The translations under genes were made by a program, and so were the position numbers. A stretch of 64,000 nt of DNA from Ophelia neglecta (lineage: Eukaryota): NCBI GenBank assembly GCA_965285935.1, contig OZ260663.1:45880001-45944000 (forward strand). The letters are read 5' to 3'. Under the pieces are notes generated by a model that searched no databases, was not told where the DNA came from, and worked only from the letters and a program-made list of their open reading frames with translations. Positions within the stretch are counted from its first letter, which is position 1; the number at the start of each line of letters is the position of its first letter. Positions 1 through 13,800 of this stretch are shown here, piece by piece.

Positions 1-960
1 GTGAAATATGCATGTCAGCTGAGAACGTTCGTTCTCCGCATGACACAGCTGCTATTGGAGAAGAAACTCTCCTGAAAATGGTTAATATGGTGCCAGAACA
101 CTACTCATCAAAATAGGACCCTGAAGCATGTAGGGAAAAAAGAATTTTTACCTGATGTTATATGATATATTACGGCAATAAAAGTAGCGATTTACTTCTA
201 CTAGACAATCCCCGATAAAGTATTTGTCCTGTTGTTACAATTCATTATTTAAGTATGCTGTACGTTTAATGATATCCGGGTGAATGTAGAGGTTTCGGCA
301 TTGGCGGAATTTTTAAAATTTGCATTAATCCAAAATGACTAATGTTGGATAAGCACAAGGTTGTAAACACTCTGATGAAATACGAATAGAATGGGAAAAA
401 AATAAATTCGAATTTTGTTGATTTGTAGAGTTTGAATAGCTTATCGCATAAAACAACATGGGATTTGGTGTGGTTAGTTGGAGCTGATTGGAAGTCAAGG
501 CGGGTATAAATGAATGGCTGATGGAGGGTAGGGTTGAGAAAGGACATTTTTTTCACATGGGTAGACGTAAGAAGCAGATCATGAGGCAGTTGGGGAGAGA
601 AGGTGACACTTGGGACGTGACACGACTAGGATAGGAATGGCAGTTTATGTGACTTGATTGAAGGTGAGGAATTAACGGGCATGGCGAAGGATCGGAATCC
701 GATTAAGGTAAAATAATTAATTGGACTCTTCATCGAATGGCAAGGAAGTAATACCAGACAGAGGGCTAAGGTGTAAAGTGAATTGGAAGTGTGGATGAAA
801 ATAAAGATAGGCCAAAGGCGGGAGAGGAGGAATAGGGCACCATTGGGGAGAGGTCATCAATATGAAAGGGGAAGGCTGCGGCTTTGAAGAGAATTATGCA
901 CAGACATTCAAAAAGGGGAGGGGGTGTGTGTGAAAGGCACAATAAGAAAAAGAATGGCAT
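1..960 (-). mobile_element. Probable decayed retroelement ORF (Penelope-like N-terminal region)
   Basis: Strong strand asymmetry (purine-rich plus strand) and higher CpG content than the flanks. The broken minus-strand frame contains FTTLCLSNISHFGLMQILKIPP, resembling a frameshifted F..C....I.P.GL.IK Penelope-like motif. No intact domain is visible. Confidence 0.3.
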
Positions 961-3900
961 GAAGTTTTGAAGAATCTCTTATTCGCCTGCCAGCAAAAAT
1001 TCATTTTGATTTAGATTCACGATAATCGTGAAGAGGACATAAAAACGGCCAAAAATTTCATTTTTCGTGATAGGTGCAATGATTTAAATGGCTTGTTTGA
1101 ACGTTCGTTACAGACCACCCTTCTTTTAAGAACTCTATATGGTGGCCTTTCATCAGGGGTTCCACTGTATGCATTAAAAACAACCTTGCAAAGAAATATT
1201 AACTGCAGAAAATAAGGCAGAAATCGTTATTTTAGTGAATATACTTTGAGAATGCACACCACTGTCAAATTTAAGAATTAGAAGTGCAAAAAATTTTTCC
1301 TTACTATGAGCTTACCATGATGTTCTAGCTTTTATTTCTCAAAATAAAGGCTGATATAGTATTTGATTTGACCTTAAACACGTATGTCAAGGTCAGATTT
1401 TAGTTAAACTAAAAGCGTGGCATTCACGGTTTCGACTAATGTCTCACGGCATTATTTTTCTTTCCCGAATAGCCACTGCCGGTAAAGTTCAAAACATCAC
1501 AGTGATCAATATCAGAGATGGCAAGCCTCACGATTTCATCAAGTTTTGCACCTTCGCAAGGTTCCTTCTGCGAGATACATATTCGAGCGTTTGATTTGAA
1601 CCAGCTTTAGTTACGTTACTCAAAATAAATAGCCCATTATGCAAATTTTTCTCCACGTAAAGGTCACGGGATAACTGGCGGTTTAGCACACAGTGAGAAC
1701 TGACAATGGCACAAACAAATTATTACCGTTAAAAATATTTTGAATTTGGCATCCCAGAATTTGGGAATCATTAACTTATATATGTATATATCATTCCGTC
1801 TGAAATAAATGAAAACACAACTGCATTTAACATTTAGTCAAGTAAAACAGAATATAAATTTTTTTCAAGGCATTGAGATAACCACCTGATAAATCAAAGT
1901 GTGTTATGACACACATATACACAATTTGAAGGTTTGAATCTGGTCATTTTTAAAAATATCAAAGCAGGAATTTGGAGAAAAAAGAGCGCTGTGGAAGTAC
2001 TGCTTATGATATGGGCCTACTAAAAATGATAGACATAAATCCATAGGAGTAAAGAACATGTGGTGCTAAGTTTGCAACACATTATTGGTTATCCTTTCAA
2101 GACAAGTGCCGAATTTAAAACCAAACTTTGGTGCGTACCATTTTAAAGGGCCTTGCCAAGCCCCTGACTATTTTCAAAGTTGACGGTCCAAGAATCTCTG
2201 ATTGCAATTGGTCTTTTCCAATGGACAATATATTCGTTTGATGTTGGTGCTACAGTCATAGACTAACATTGTCAGAAATATTTGGTATATATAGGAAATA
2301 GCAATAGAGCGCGTTGGAGAAACCACTATGCCGTGTTTGCTTACTTCTCCAGCAGTTCATGGTGGATCGTGGCTCTCATTACAGGATTGTATTCGGTCAA
2401 ATATATTGGCCTAATTCTTAAATATGTGAAAGGACCACAGAAATAATAACACAAAACAGTCTGATGTGACATTTTTGCACATCAGGTTTATTTTCATACT
2501 CATGACATTTTGAGCATTACTTCTGTAATGACTTCACACTCTTTAAAGGCCATAATATTCATTACACTACTACGGCTATTGACTTTTAGTTTCAGTACAC
2601 TAGCCAGTACTGATAGGAATAGATTGCAGGTAAGTCTCAACACCATACGAAAATAATGTTCACCGCATACGGTAGAACAAGTCATTCCTTTTCCTATTTT
2701 CGGCAGTTATAATGATTAATGTAATGCAAAAATTGTTGGAAATTAGAATGACATAAAGAGAGTAGGCCTAACTAGTGGGGAAGAATATAATTGTCCAGTT
2801 TTATCCTATACAAGTAGTGCGACATTACTAGTATAATAGGCATTACTGAATTCTTAAACACCTCGCCGAAGTTTCAATTATATTTAGTTAAAAAATAGTA
2901 TTCAATTTAGACTTACTAACATGGTTACTCACTCCTGGATTAAATCTAAATCCTTGAAAATCGTATATATAATTCATTTTGAACAAAACTTACTTTATCT
3001 TAATAGAACCCTTATAACTAACCTTATAGTTCCATAATCATTTAAATGTGCAGTTAGTTCCAAGATTAACTGGATATTAAATCATTAAGAAGCAGCAAAA
3101 AATCAAGAGTGTACTGGTTTTAATAATTATGTATAAATAATAATTAAACAGTCTTTCAACATGCTTGTTCAAATTGAAGCAAAGGTAAAATGTTCCCATT
3201 TTTTGGTAGAAAATTAATTACCGGTATGTATTTTTGTTGTCAGTTGTTGGGTAGCTGTAGGGTAGAAGTAAGTCAATTTCAATATTTTTTTAAATTATGA
3301 AAATATAATAGTTTGAAAACATTTATTAAATTTATTAAGTTGCCCAGTACTACAAGAAAACTGCTAGTTTTAATAGAATTAATACTACTACGCTTCAGTG
3401 TGCTATGACAGCAGTTACTCATCCGAACAAGCCACTCGTAGCTAATTTATTTTTCGGAGGAAATTTGTAAATTGTAAATATCTCAAATTCCTTGGGAACA
3501 TTTATGCATGCTTTAACAGATTTAAAATAAGAGCAAAGGCAACTGATAAATAACAGATAAATGAAAGGGCAAACAACTGGGTTTCAAAACATTGATGCCA
3601 TTCCCAAATTAACTATAATGAGTCGATCCCCTTCATAGAAGTCAGTTTGTTTTCTGAAGAAAATATCTTTAAACCTCCAGTTTTCCTCTATTAGAAGCAT
3701 ATTTTTCCTTTAAGCGGTGTTCTGTTGCACAAAATGGCTACACTAATTAACTTCTTGATAAGGTCTTTAGTATCGGCTTGGATATGAAACTTCATGACAC
3801 TTGAAAATAATTTGCATATTATGTGTATGTCCTAGAAGTCATAATAAGGATAAAGAAGGCTTTAAATTAGAAGTTGACCTAATAAATTCCTAAAAAAGAA

Positions 3901-5897
3901 TGTCATTAAAGGTGAAACATTGGCTTTTCTTGATCCAATATTTGTTTCAGGTCATTCAAATAAGTCTAATGGGACTAATGCTGACATACATACTTCAGAT
4001 TTCATAATGATTAAACAAATATTAAAGACATGCTACCCCTCCAGTGGCATAGTAAAAGGGATGGTAGGTATATACTTCAAAAAGGACATGGCTGTCAAAA
4101 AAGGTCCAATTATATACCGTTTTGATTACCGAGTTAATGGGTTCCAAGACTGAAAATAGACATATACACACTGAAATCATGATTTTTAGTAAGTCATATC
4201 TGAAAATACCACTGAATTTGCAGCCCATCTTTTTCTCTAGCCTGTCAATAGATGGGTTGCCCAATTTAGATTGTGGCATTGTGAGGGATTTGCCATTTTC
4301 AGTGGTCTCACATTGTCAGAATAAAAGGTTTGCTGTGAAGCACCTAGCCAAAATGTGGGGTCACTAATAAATGTGGGCGACTTGGTATGCCTGCAGTTGA
4401 GTGGTAGTAGTTTCAAAGGTTGCACCGAAGTGGGCTACTTTTCCAAAATTGAACCATCGACTGAATCCAGGAAAATTCCGTGGTTTGCTGCCGGTGCCAG
4501 TATAGTCGGAACAAGGGCCTAACAGCTAAATGACATGCTTGCCGACATTGTGCCAATGCCTAGTCTTGCCAGTAAGAATTTTTTGTTTGAATAAAAATGT
4601 TTCCTATTATGGTTAATAGTGTTCTGACAAACTACAATATGCTGCAATATTATCTGGATGCCACATGGCAGCATATCTTCATATATCTACTGTGCATATT
4701 GGTAGCGGTTATGGCAGCTTGATGTTGAACTCCACAAAAGTTCTAATCTGTATTTCAACACCACAACTGCTACCATGCTGGTGGCATAATAATATACTCC
4801 TCCATGGATTTCACTAGCTTCTAGGCTAAATAGCAAAAAAGAAGGAGCTGAAGATGGTATATTTTCCTACTTCTTCCTACTTCAGTAAATTACTCTCATA
4901 ATGACAAACAATTTCCTGTTTGTCTAATATCCCAATAAAGTTTTTCATGACCAGAAATGTTGTAAATGCCACAAATGGTAAAAAACTGACATGCTGTACC
5001 CCTTAACTACTATACTCCTGCAAAACTAGTATTCATAGCAGTAATAACCTTGAAATATTATGGGCACTTCACTGCACAGAAGTTTTTATGGAATATTTCT
5101 AATTAAAATTGTACAGGATTTTATTTTCCAAAATTGTCAACTGGAACCTATTTATAGTCCAAAAAACGTTTACAGCATTTCTTAACTAAAAATTACCCAA
5201 TTGCATTTTGAATGATCTCAATAATGAAAAAATGTCCCTGATTGCATATGTACAATTATAGGTTTAGCTAAAAATGGAATTTTTAGTCTAATCTAGCTAA
5301 AAAAAATTAATGTACATAAAATATTTTTCCCACTGATACTGCCCTCCCTGGTCCATGGCATTAGCTTCTCTTTTCTTTAACCACTTCTCTCAGTGGTCCT
5401 CACTCCATAACTCCCGTCCCCTCCCCCCCCCCCCCTCAACCCTTCCGCACCTCTTCCCTGCATCCCAGAACATTTTTTAACAAGCAAGTTGATTTTCTTA
5501 TTTGTATCTTTGAACATAGATACATAGTCAATTTTTACATGGAGCTCCCGTAGGAAAGACAAGTTGGAATACCCCGGTAGTATATTTGGTAAAACTTATT
5601 ATATTCTTTATTGATCAGTTATTTCAATAGGATCTCAATCATATGAGAAGCAAATAAATAGCACCTAAATAGAAATAATTAAAACTGTCCTGGACATTTC
5701 CAATAAAACTGGTAAACCATGGCAAATGTTTAGTCTACAAACCAAAGATCTTAGTGGTTAAAACATTAGTTATAGACAGAAAGTTACACAATTATTGTAT
5801 GTGTTGACAATTTCTAAACTCTAAAACTCGGCTTGAATGAAAGAATGAAATGCTTTGGGTAACATCACAAGACACTTGTTGCTCAACGTGAGGGTAA

Positions 5898-6034
5898 AGA
5901 ACCCTTAACACTCGAGCTATAACAATTGGAATTCTTGGGCTTTAGATAAAAGGGTGTGGTAAAATGAAAGCAGGACTCTTTTGAGCTTCAAGTAAACGAA
6001 GTCCAAATGTTGAAGCTCTGGTGTTAAGGGTTCT
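5898..6034. repeat. Long imperfect inverted repeat (foldback, ~137 bp)
   Basis: AGAACCCTTAACACTCGAGCTATAACAATTGGA (5898-5930) pairs with TCCAAATGTTGAAGCTCTGGTGTTAAGGGTTCT (6002-6034) at 28/33 Watson-Crick positions. Weaker pairing continues to the centre at ~5965. Confidence 0.8.
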
Positions 6035-7841
6035 ACAAGCATACTTGTATTAAATCCAAGACTGTGAGCCACACTGATAGTTCACTAGCTTTCACCAAGA
6101 ACTGATTGTCTAATTTATCAATAAGATTTATAAAGTATATTCAGTTCCTCTTTTAACATATTTTGGTAACTACATTTTATATTTAAAGAACCTATTTCTG
6201 ACCACTTTAAATATAAATTTAAACTTATTGATTACATTTCACATTCAAGTGTATAAATAACACCAATTAATAAAATCCAAATCACATGCACAGATGTTAT
6301 GCCAGTTTAAATGCCAAATATCAGAAATACTCTTACATTTCTAAACCATTTCAGGAAAAACTGTGATAATAATTTCCTAACAGCTTAGACATTAGAAAAC
6401 CCAGCAGGTTTGATAATGGTTGTGAACAATTTGTGGGCTACTAGCATGCATATATAAACAACACACCACAGCTAGTTACACGAGCATAGGATCACTTGAT
6501 ATTTAAACAGACACTAATGTCACAACCGAGGAATGATTTACCTTTATAATGAAATTGGATTTGAATACAGAAATATTTTTCCTATTTGTCTCTTAAATCA
6601 TGTTTGATATGTGATTGAAATCAATATAATAATGATTGTACATAAGCAATGAAACTTGGTATAGATATATTTTGCATGACAATATATAAGAGATGTTTAA
6701 GCTGTTGTCTTTAAATACCTTATGAAATGCATGACTTAAGACTCAAGCGAAGAGCAAATTTTGAGGCCACAACTAAATTAGAATTATAAACACTACAGTA
6801 AACTCACATGATTCATATGAACACTACAGTAAACTGCACAATTCGATATCACACATAATATGATAATGAACTCTACAATTGGGGACAGATCAGCCAGTTA
6901 GCAATCTCCCTCAATGTTCCAGTACTCAACAGCGATTAGTTTGGTCAATTAATTGCCAATGGTCACTAACATCAATTATTACATTTGATTGCTCAATTTA
7001 TAATTTTAAAACTGGCACATTGTCCTGTTGTTGTTCAGAATGGTGCCAAGCACCCCATTGAATATAGACTTCAAATAAACTGGACTTGGTAGATGATTTT
7101 ACAGGCACTAGCTATTATACATTGATCAGGACAATATTTCTTGTGTGCATTGTACCACAATTAGGTAACATTGAGTGCCCAGTGATCATTCTGAGGAACA
7201 GATGTTCCTTTGTCTTCTTATACTTTAATATGAGTGAATATGTGAGATAAATGGATATGAGCACCTACTAAAATGTCTGGCTTGTCATCAGTGAAATGTA
7301 TTATATACTGTGCAATTATCTGTGGACAAAGTGAACATGGTCCGCAGATGTGGTCAGGAAAGATGTCTTCCACTGTCTAGCCAGTTTGACAGTCTATTTA
7401 GTGCTTGCACAATTTCCCATTTAAATACTCAACAGGCCTTTAAATATATACAAAAATACAAAGCTCATTGATATATATAACATACAAACATTATTCCTAA
7501 GTGAACAATCACACATTAAATGCCAAGCATCTTATCGTGAACACTGTAGTTAACATACGTTAACATCATCGATTATCAGAATACTTCAAACTATAAAGCT
7601 ACCGGAGTCCTATGTCTACACCTGCTGACATATACAGAGTTTGCAGAGATTAAATTAATTTATCTATACAATATTTACAGAGATATAATACAACACACAA
7701 AATAACAGCATACACACATAATTCATCTAAATTAAGCTTGATCTGCAGTAAAACTACTACAACGTCTGCAGTAGTGGTCAAAATTTTATCTTTAAACCAA
7801 TTGGTCTAACAGACTCAATTCAATGTTCTCATACTACTGAT

Positions 7842-10800
7842 TCATACTTCTGTCACTCCTCCTGTGTTCCTCTCAGCAGCATGTGAGTTACAGTAGTATT
7901 TCTTGTGAGCGATGAAGGTGGAGAGATATGTAAACGAGATGTCACACTGCTTGCAGTACTTGAGACCATTTTTTTCCTCCTTGGCAGGGAGTGTTCTGTT
8001 GATGATATTGGCAGGACTGGGACTGAGAGGGGTAGAGGGTCGACTAGCTGATGACCGAGGGAGACTCGGGGCCTTGTCTCCGGCTGGGACAACGTTCTCA
8101 TTGACACTGACACTGTGAGGAGACAGAGACTTGTCCCTGCTCTCAGATTTCACCTTTCCAGACATACAGGTAATGGCATTCTCTGCTTTTCCCCTGTCTG
8201 ACTGTGGAGATAGAGCCTCTTCCTTCACCACTGTCTCCCTGGCCATGTATTCCTCAGATGTCTTAGCCCCCTCAGACTCAGATGCACTCCCATCTGAATG
8301 ATGATTCTGAACTCTTCTGTCCTTGTTGTCTTCTGAATTTAGGGGCTTCACCTCAATCTTGACCACAACAGGTTGTTCATCAATGTCACCACCAGTTATT
8401 TTTTTGTTCGATTCAGAGTTCTCAATATTGTTCACTTCATGCAGGAGTTTCACATGTCGCACCAGGTTGGCCTTGGTGTTGGTGATGTAGTCACATGTTT
8501 TACACACGTAAGTGTTCTCCTCCAGATGGGAACGCATGTGTAGTTTCAGCTTTGCTGCGTCCATGAATGAAGCATGACATTCTGTACAGACAAAGGGGCT
8601 TTCCTTCGGATGGATCATATGTTCTACCTTCTCAAAGCATTTTCTTGATCGTCGTCGCTTGTAAGGTTCATTCTTTAGTCGGATCAGTTCTGCTTCAAGA
8701 TCTACCACCAGTTTTTCATTAGATGGCTTTATTCGTTTGGGTATCAGTGGAGGTTCTTCATACTCTATCATGTTTTCATCTGTGAAAGTTTCTCCTGCAT
8801 CAATATGCATCTTACCATGCATTCTCATGCCTCGTACTGTATTGCCTCTATACCCACATGTTGTGCATTTATATGCTTTTGATGGAGCATGGGCTTTTAT
8901 GTGCTCCACAAGTCGATTGTCGCTTTGTGCAATGTAGTCACAATATGGACAGTGGTAGAGAGGGACATGCACAGATGTGCCTGTACAGTAGTGCAGTTTC
9001 ATCAGTCTGGAGGAAGTAAAGGAGTTATGACACTGACGGCAGGTCAGGCCAGACTCCATTGATGCACTCTCGTCTTCTGATGTCTCTGATTTACTCTTAG
9101 CTGATGTGGATGGACTACTTTCTTCACTGCGAGCTGGGCAGTAGAACTGCTTGTGGGCTTGCAGAGTGTCCATACTACTAAATTTGATTTTGCAGGGCAT
9201 GCAGTAATACTGAAGGAAACCATGTTCTGTGACGGGGTGCATCTCTGGGGTAGTTTTTCCCGAGTTAATCGGGCTGGGAACCACCCCCGGAGACAGAGAG
9301 TGAGCACTTGCCGGAGACCGAGAACCAGTTTCCACAGCACGACGAGGACTGATTGGAGATGTGGGCATGTAGCTCATCATTTGTGCAGGAGGAGTGGTTG
9401 GATGGACCTTGGCTTCCATCCCCCGAGGTGCACGTCTGCTAGCACAGTAGTGCTCTTTGTGTGCCACAAAGTTTTCATGCTTATAAAAGACTATGTTACA
9501 TTCCAGACATTTGCTGATGGCAGGAGCAGCACCACCTGAGGCAGCCAGAGACAGGGCCTGGGGTGATAGCATGACTGGGTGAGGTGAAATCATTGGAGCT
9601 GGTGGGGTGACTCTGGGCTCCTGATTACTGGGGGTCCTCCTCTGAGGTGACCTGATGGGGGACATACTGCCTACAGGAACTGGAGTCCTAGGGGTGGACG
9701 CTCTCGGACTGTCAATCCTAGGTCTCTCTGTCAGAGATTCATTCTTAATCTTGGGTCTCATTTTGTCTTCACTTGTCCTCTCAATAGATTTGATATCTTC
9801 GGTATTTTCTTTCTTTCCCTCCTTCTTACAGCTTAAATCAAGAGGTTTTTCCACCAGCTTACCAGAAGAACTAACGGCAGTCTTATTGATGTTGCTGTGG
9901 GCTTGGACCATGTTGGGTACTGAGTTTGGTAAAGGTTGTACCACAACTGCTGGGACATTGATAGACACATTTGCCAGACCATTACAAGTCATCATGGGTG
10001 CCGTCAGCACTACTGTGGCCTGTGGCTGCGAGGTGAGGAGACCAGAGGGTAAGATACTGGGTATTGAGTTTAATCCTGCAGAGAAAAATGGCATTGGCAT
10101 GCTCGGGTGTGGGGTGTTCAAAGCTACTGAGTATGGTGGCGAAATACTCTTGGCTGAGCCAGTGTCTGTTGGGTATGGTTTGATGCCTCCTGAATTTCTC
10201 CTTCTCTGGGTACAGTAGAACTCCTTGTGGCCAAGGAAGGTGGAAAAGGAAGAAAATTGGATGTCACAATCATGACAGTACATCTCGGATGGAGAGCCGA
10301 CATCCTCGTCAGAAGTCACCTCAGCAGGGACTGATTTTCTGTCCTCTGGTGGACTACCTCCTTGAGGAGATTTAGGCTCCCCACAGATGGAGGGTTCCTT
10401 GATTTCTTTCTCTGACTGCTGTGTGGTGATCTGCACTTTAACTGGGGGCTGTTCACTATCACTGCCACTTCGACTTCTTTCCCGATCCAAAATGGATCTT
10501 TTTCTGCTTATGGGTTCTGTAAAAAGAAATAAATAAAAGAAAAGTTATTATTTACTAACAAATATTCCAAGATATTAACCTACATCAGCTATCAAAGTGA
10601 AGTATATAAATATCAGCCTCACATGAAGAAGTCATTCTAATGACTCCTGACTACTACTTGTCACAAAAGAAGTGAGCACCTTTTGACTGGGCAGGGGGAG
10701 ACACTGATTTTCTGTCACTGAGTTCCATACAGACCATCACTGGCTTCTTAGCACAGTAATAAGTCAGGTGTGCCTGCAGCGTGTTGGGGCTGCTGAACTT

Positions 10801-13800
10801 AACTCCGCAGTACAGACACACATGGATTAGAGCTGCAAAGTAGGGAAACAAACAACATTATGACAAATGCTGATTGTCAGCTCAATCTATGAACTCTGGT
10901 CAGATGAAATGTATGATTACCAGCCTGACCTTCACTAACTAAGGGGATACACTATACTTCATGCAAGGAAAGCAAACAAGTAAAACATTGAGCATTTCTG
11001 TTCACTGCATCCTTTCATGCTGTTTAAACAATAGAAAAAGCTATAGTGATGTACACATGTTTCAATTTGATGGCATTTGTATATATTTTTCGTACAAATC
11101 AATACAATGAAACATTGATTAATCACAGCAAAACTAGCAATGTTTCATAGAAAAGCAGGTATGTTTGGAATGCACATAATCTTATCATTCACTATCTAAA
11201 TGAACCACACAACAATTAGTTATATGTTAATTTGACAGGTCCTTTCTATTGTAATCATGCCGACAACTAAGACAAAACAGGTCCATTCTAATGTACATCA
11301 AGTATCTAATTTAACATTTACAGCTTTCAGCAGGGAATTCATTTTCTTTCGTCTCAAATAAAAGAGGCAATGTGTCTGTTAATCCAATTGAAGACCCAGA
11401 TCATTGTATATACCAGTTCTCCAGTTTTTGGTATGGTGGAGTGCATATTTGAAATATTACTCAATTAACATTGAGGCCTGAAAGGGAGATTAAGGGGTCA
11501 GGAGACCTTGTTGAAGTCTGACACATTTCCCATCTTGGTGTGAACTCTTTCACAGCTTCATTGCTTCTATCTTGCCAATAATCCATCAGAAAAAGTTGAG
11601 AAGTATGTGAGCCAACCAGGATAGGATCTGACCTGATTATGAATTTGACCATCTGACCATGAAGATATCTGCATATGGTCCCTGCACTTGTGATAAGGAG
11701 CATTGGAAAAACAGAATGCTCATTATTCCTTAAATGGAATGTCAGAGGACAAGATAATGAATGATCGTCGGGCATGATCTTTAACCATTTTTAACGCGAT
11801 CATTGATAGCTTTTGCACGGAGTGTATTGGTAATTTATTTGGTAAGTTGCAGAGAAGTGAGCAGAATGGAACTCTCCATTTAACAAGTTCATCAGGCGTA
11901 AGGAGCTATAACAAGTGCCCGTCTTCCTGCCAACAACCTATGACAAAATATGGCCTCCAGGCCTACACCCTGACATCACCTTTTCTACAACTGTCGAAGA
12001 AAACCCTATAAATCATGCCCAACTAAAGAAATAATAACTGCTACAAGTATTAAACCAAGGTTTTCACCAGTCATATTATGATAGAGTGGTCATCAATTTA
12101 CAAGCCAATGATTTTCCACCATCATGAGTTCGAAGGCTGCGGAGAGCGAAGTCAGTTACAGATTGAGTGTCTCTCGTGGGGCCTGCTCTCGACAGTCTGC
12201 CACTAGATGAGGGCATTATATCTCAGCCGGACATTGTCAAACGGGCCAATTATAACAGTGACCAACATGGCTGGCCGTCACCTAGACATGACACTGTCTT
12301 AACCTGGTTGTTCACAGTCAATCTGAATCTGTCATCACCTTACAATGTGACATCAAATCTTTTAAAAGGACAATTATCACAACAGTACAGAAACAAATTA
12401 CACCGCGTGGCTACAAGACAAATTCTAAAGCCACAGTTAAACACATAACAATATGAAGTATAATATAGAACTGAATGTATAAACACCAATAACATCTGAA
12501 CACTCACGATAGGTGGGTGTTGGGGGAGAGACATCTCTTGGTTCTGGAGAGGGTGTGGTTTTCTTTGGAGCCAGCTCTTGTGAGTCCTTTGAGTGTGGTG
12601 TTTTAGGTGAAGATTCTGGTGATTTTGTGGTGCGGATAGCAGGCAAGACTGCAGGAACGTCTATGAAGTCCCTGAGGGAGCCTTTGTCAACACAGCTCTG
12701 AGGGCTCGAGAGCCTCATATCATCTACCTCCTTGCTTAGCATAGCCACCAACTCTACTTCTTCTTGTATGTCTTTTGAGATTTCACACCAAAGTGACCCA
12801 CTCTCTGTAATAATAACCAAAATAAACATGTATAAAATCACAAAATTGTATAGTAAAAGACTGACCTTAGATCTAGTGATGTTTGTCACTAGGCTATCAT
12901 AGGTGGTAAATCAATACATTTGTCTAACCAAAAAAGTATTGGGAGCTTTTTATTACATGCATTCTGTCACCGAACAATAGTCACGTGGCCTAGGATACAA
13001 GTTTTAGAAATTGCCAGTCAATGTGAGGTTGTAAAGAACAGATATCAACAAAAGTCCCTGAGCTATCACCAACAAAAACTCCTTCAATTTTGGGAGGCCA
13101 GGTCATAAATTCTAGGTTTTTTCTCAGCTATTTTATCGCACGCTGTGTGCTCCAGCAATAAAATAAGGCACCCAGGAAAATGAACACTTCATTTTTCTGA
13201 TCCGATTACTGGGGGATTTTGCTTGCAGAGTATCTCAGAGGGACCATTTAGCAAATAAAGGTGACAGCCGATGGGAAGTCGACAAAGACGATTGGAAACA
13301 CTTTGGGCGCGATAGTTCACGGCGAGTAAATGAAGAACCATCGTGGGGATTTGTCCGTTGAATCCCACACAATCTGTCTTGATTGGTTTGGGTTATCACA
13401 GCAGATGTCGTGCGCTGATCTCCTACACAACCATCACCGCGTGAAAAGAATGCCTCTGATTTATTAGTTCATCTCGCTATCACTGTTTGTGCGGGAGAGC
13501 TTTGGCAAAGTGGTGATCTTTTACACTCCCAAATGTGGCACATTCTTTGCAAATCAGCATGAAAGCCCAAATAGGCTGTGGACCAGGCAAAGCCCCAGGC
13601 GAGGTCCTATCTGGCGTTCAAATTAACATGTATTATGACGAACCACAGGCTTGGGTGAGCAGTGATAATGACAAATCGTTTCTTGCAATTAATCAAGGCT
13701 GATGTGGTTCATTACCTCAAACATTGATCAGTGCCCCTTTAGCACAGTATTCCCAAAGAAGCCAAAGCAACCATTTTTCTTTGGTAAGCAAACTTGCTTT

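Noticed and set aside
1170-4460. Several probable old DNA-transposon fragments and small hairpins (e.g. CTGATGTG/CACATCAG at 2461-2485), plus a lone CAG|GTAAGT donor at 2629
   Set aside because: I could not establish paired termini, TSDs or a coherent reading frame.
5600-7841. miR-8/miR-200 target sites in the FOG 3' UTR (known ush/FOG2 regulation)
   Set aside because: I found only three 6-mer AGTATT matches and no 7- or 8-mer for the miR-8 seed in the UTR, which is not above chance. The single 8-mer (9206-9213) is in coding sequence.
8049-8075. CTGATGA-CCGAG-GGAGA-CTCGG hammerhead-like start
   Set aside because: No GAAA follows stem II, and it lies antisense within FOG coding sequence, so it is a chance match.
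9153-10218. Plus-strand ORFs of 128 aa and 187 aa
   Set aside because: Antisense shadows of the large FOG exon, with no recognisable domain.
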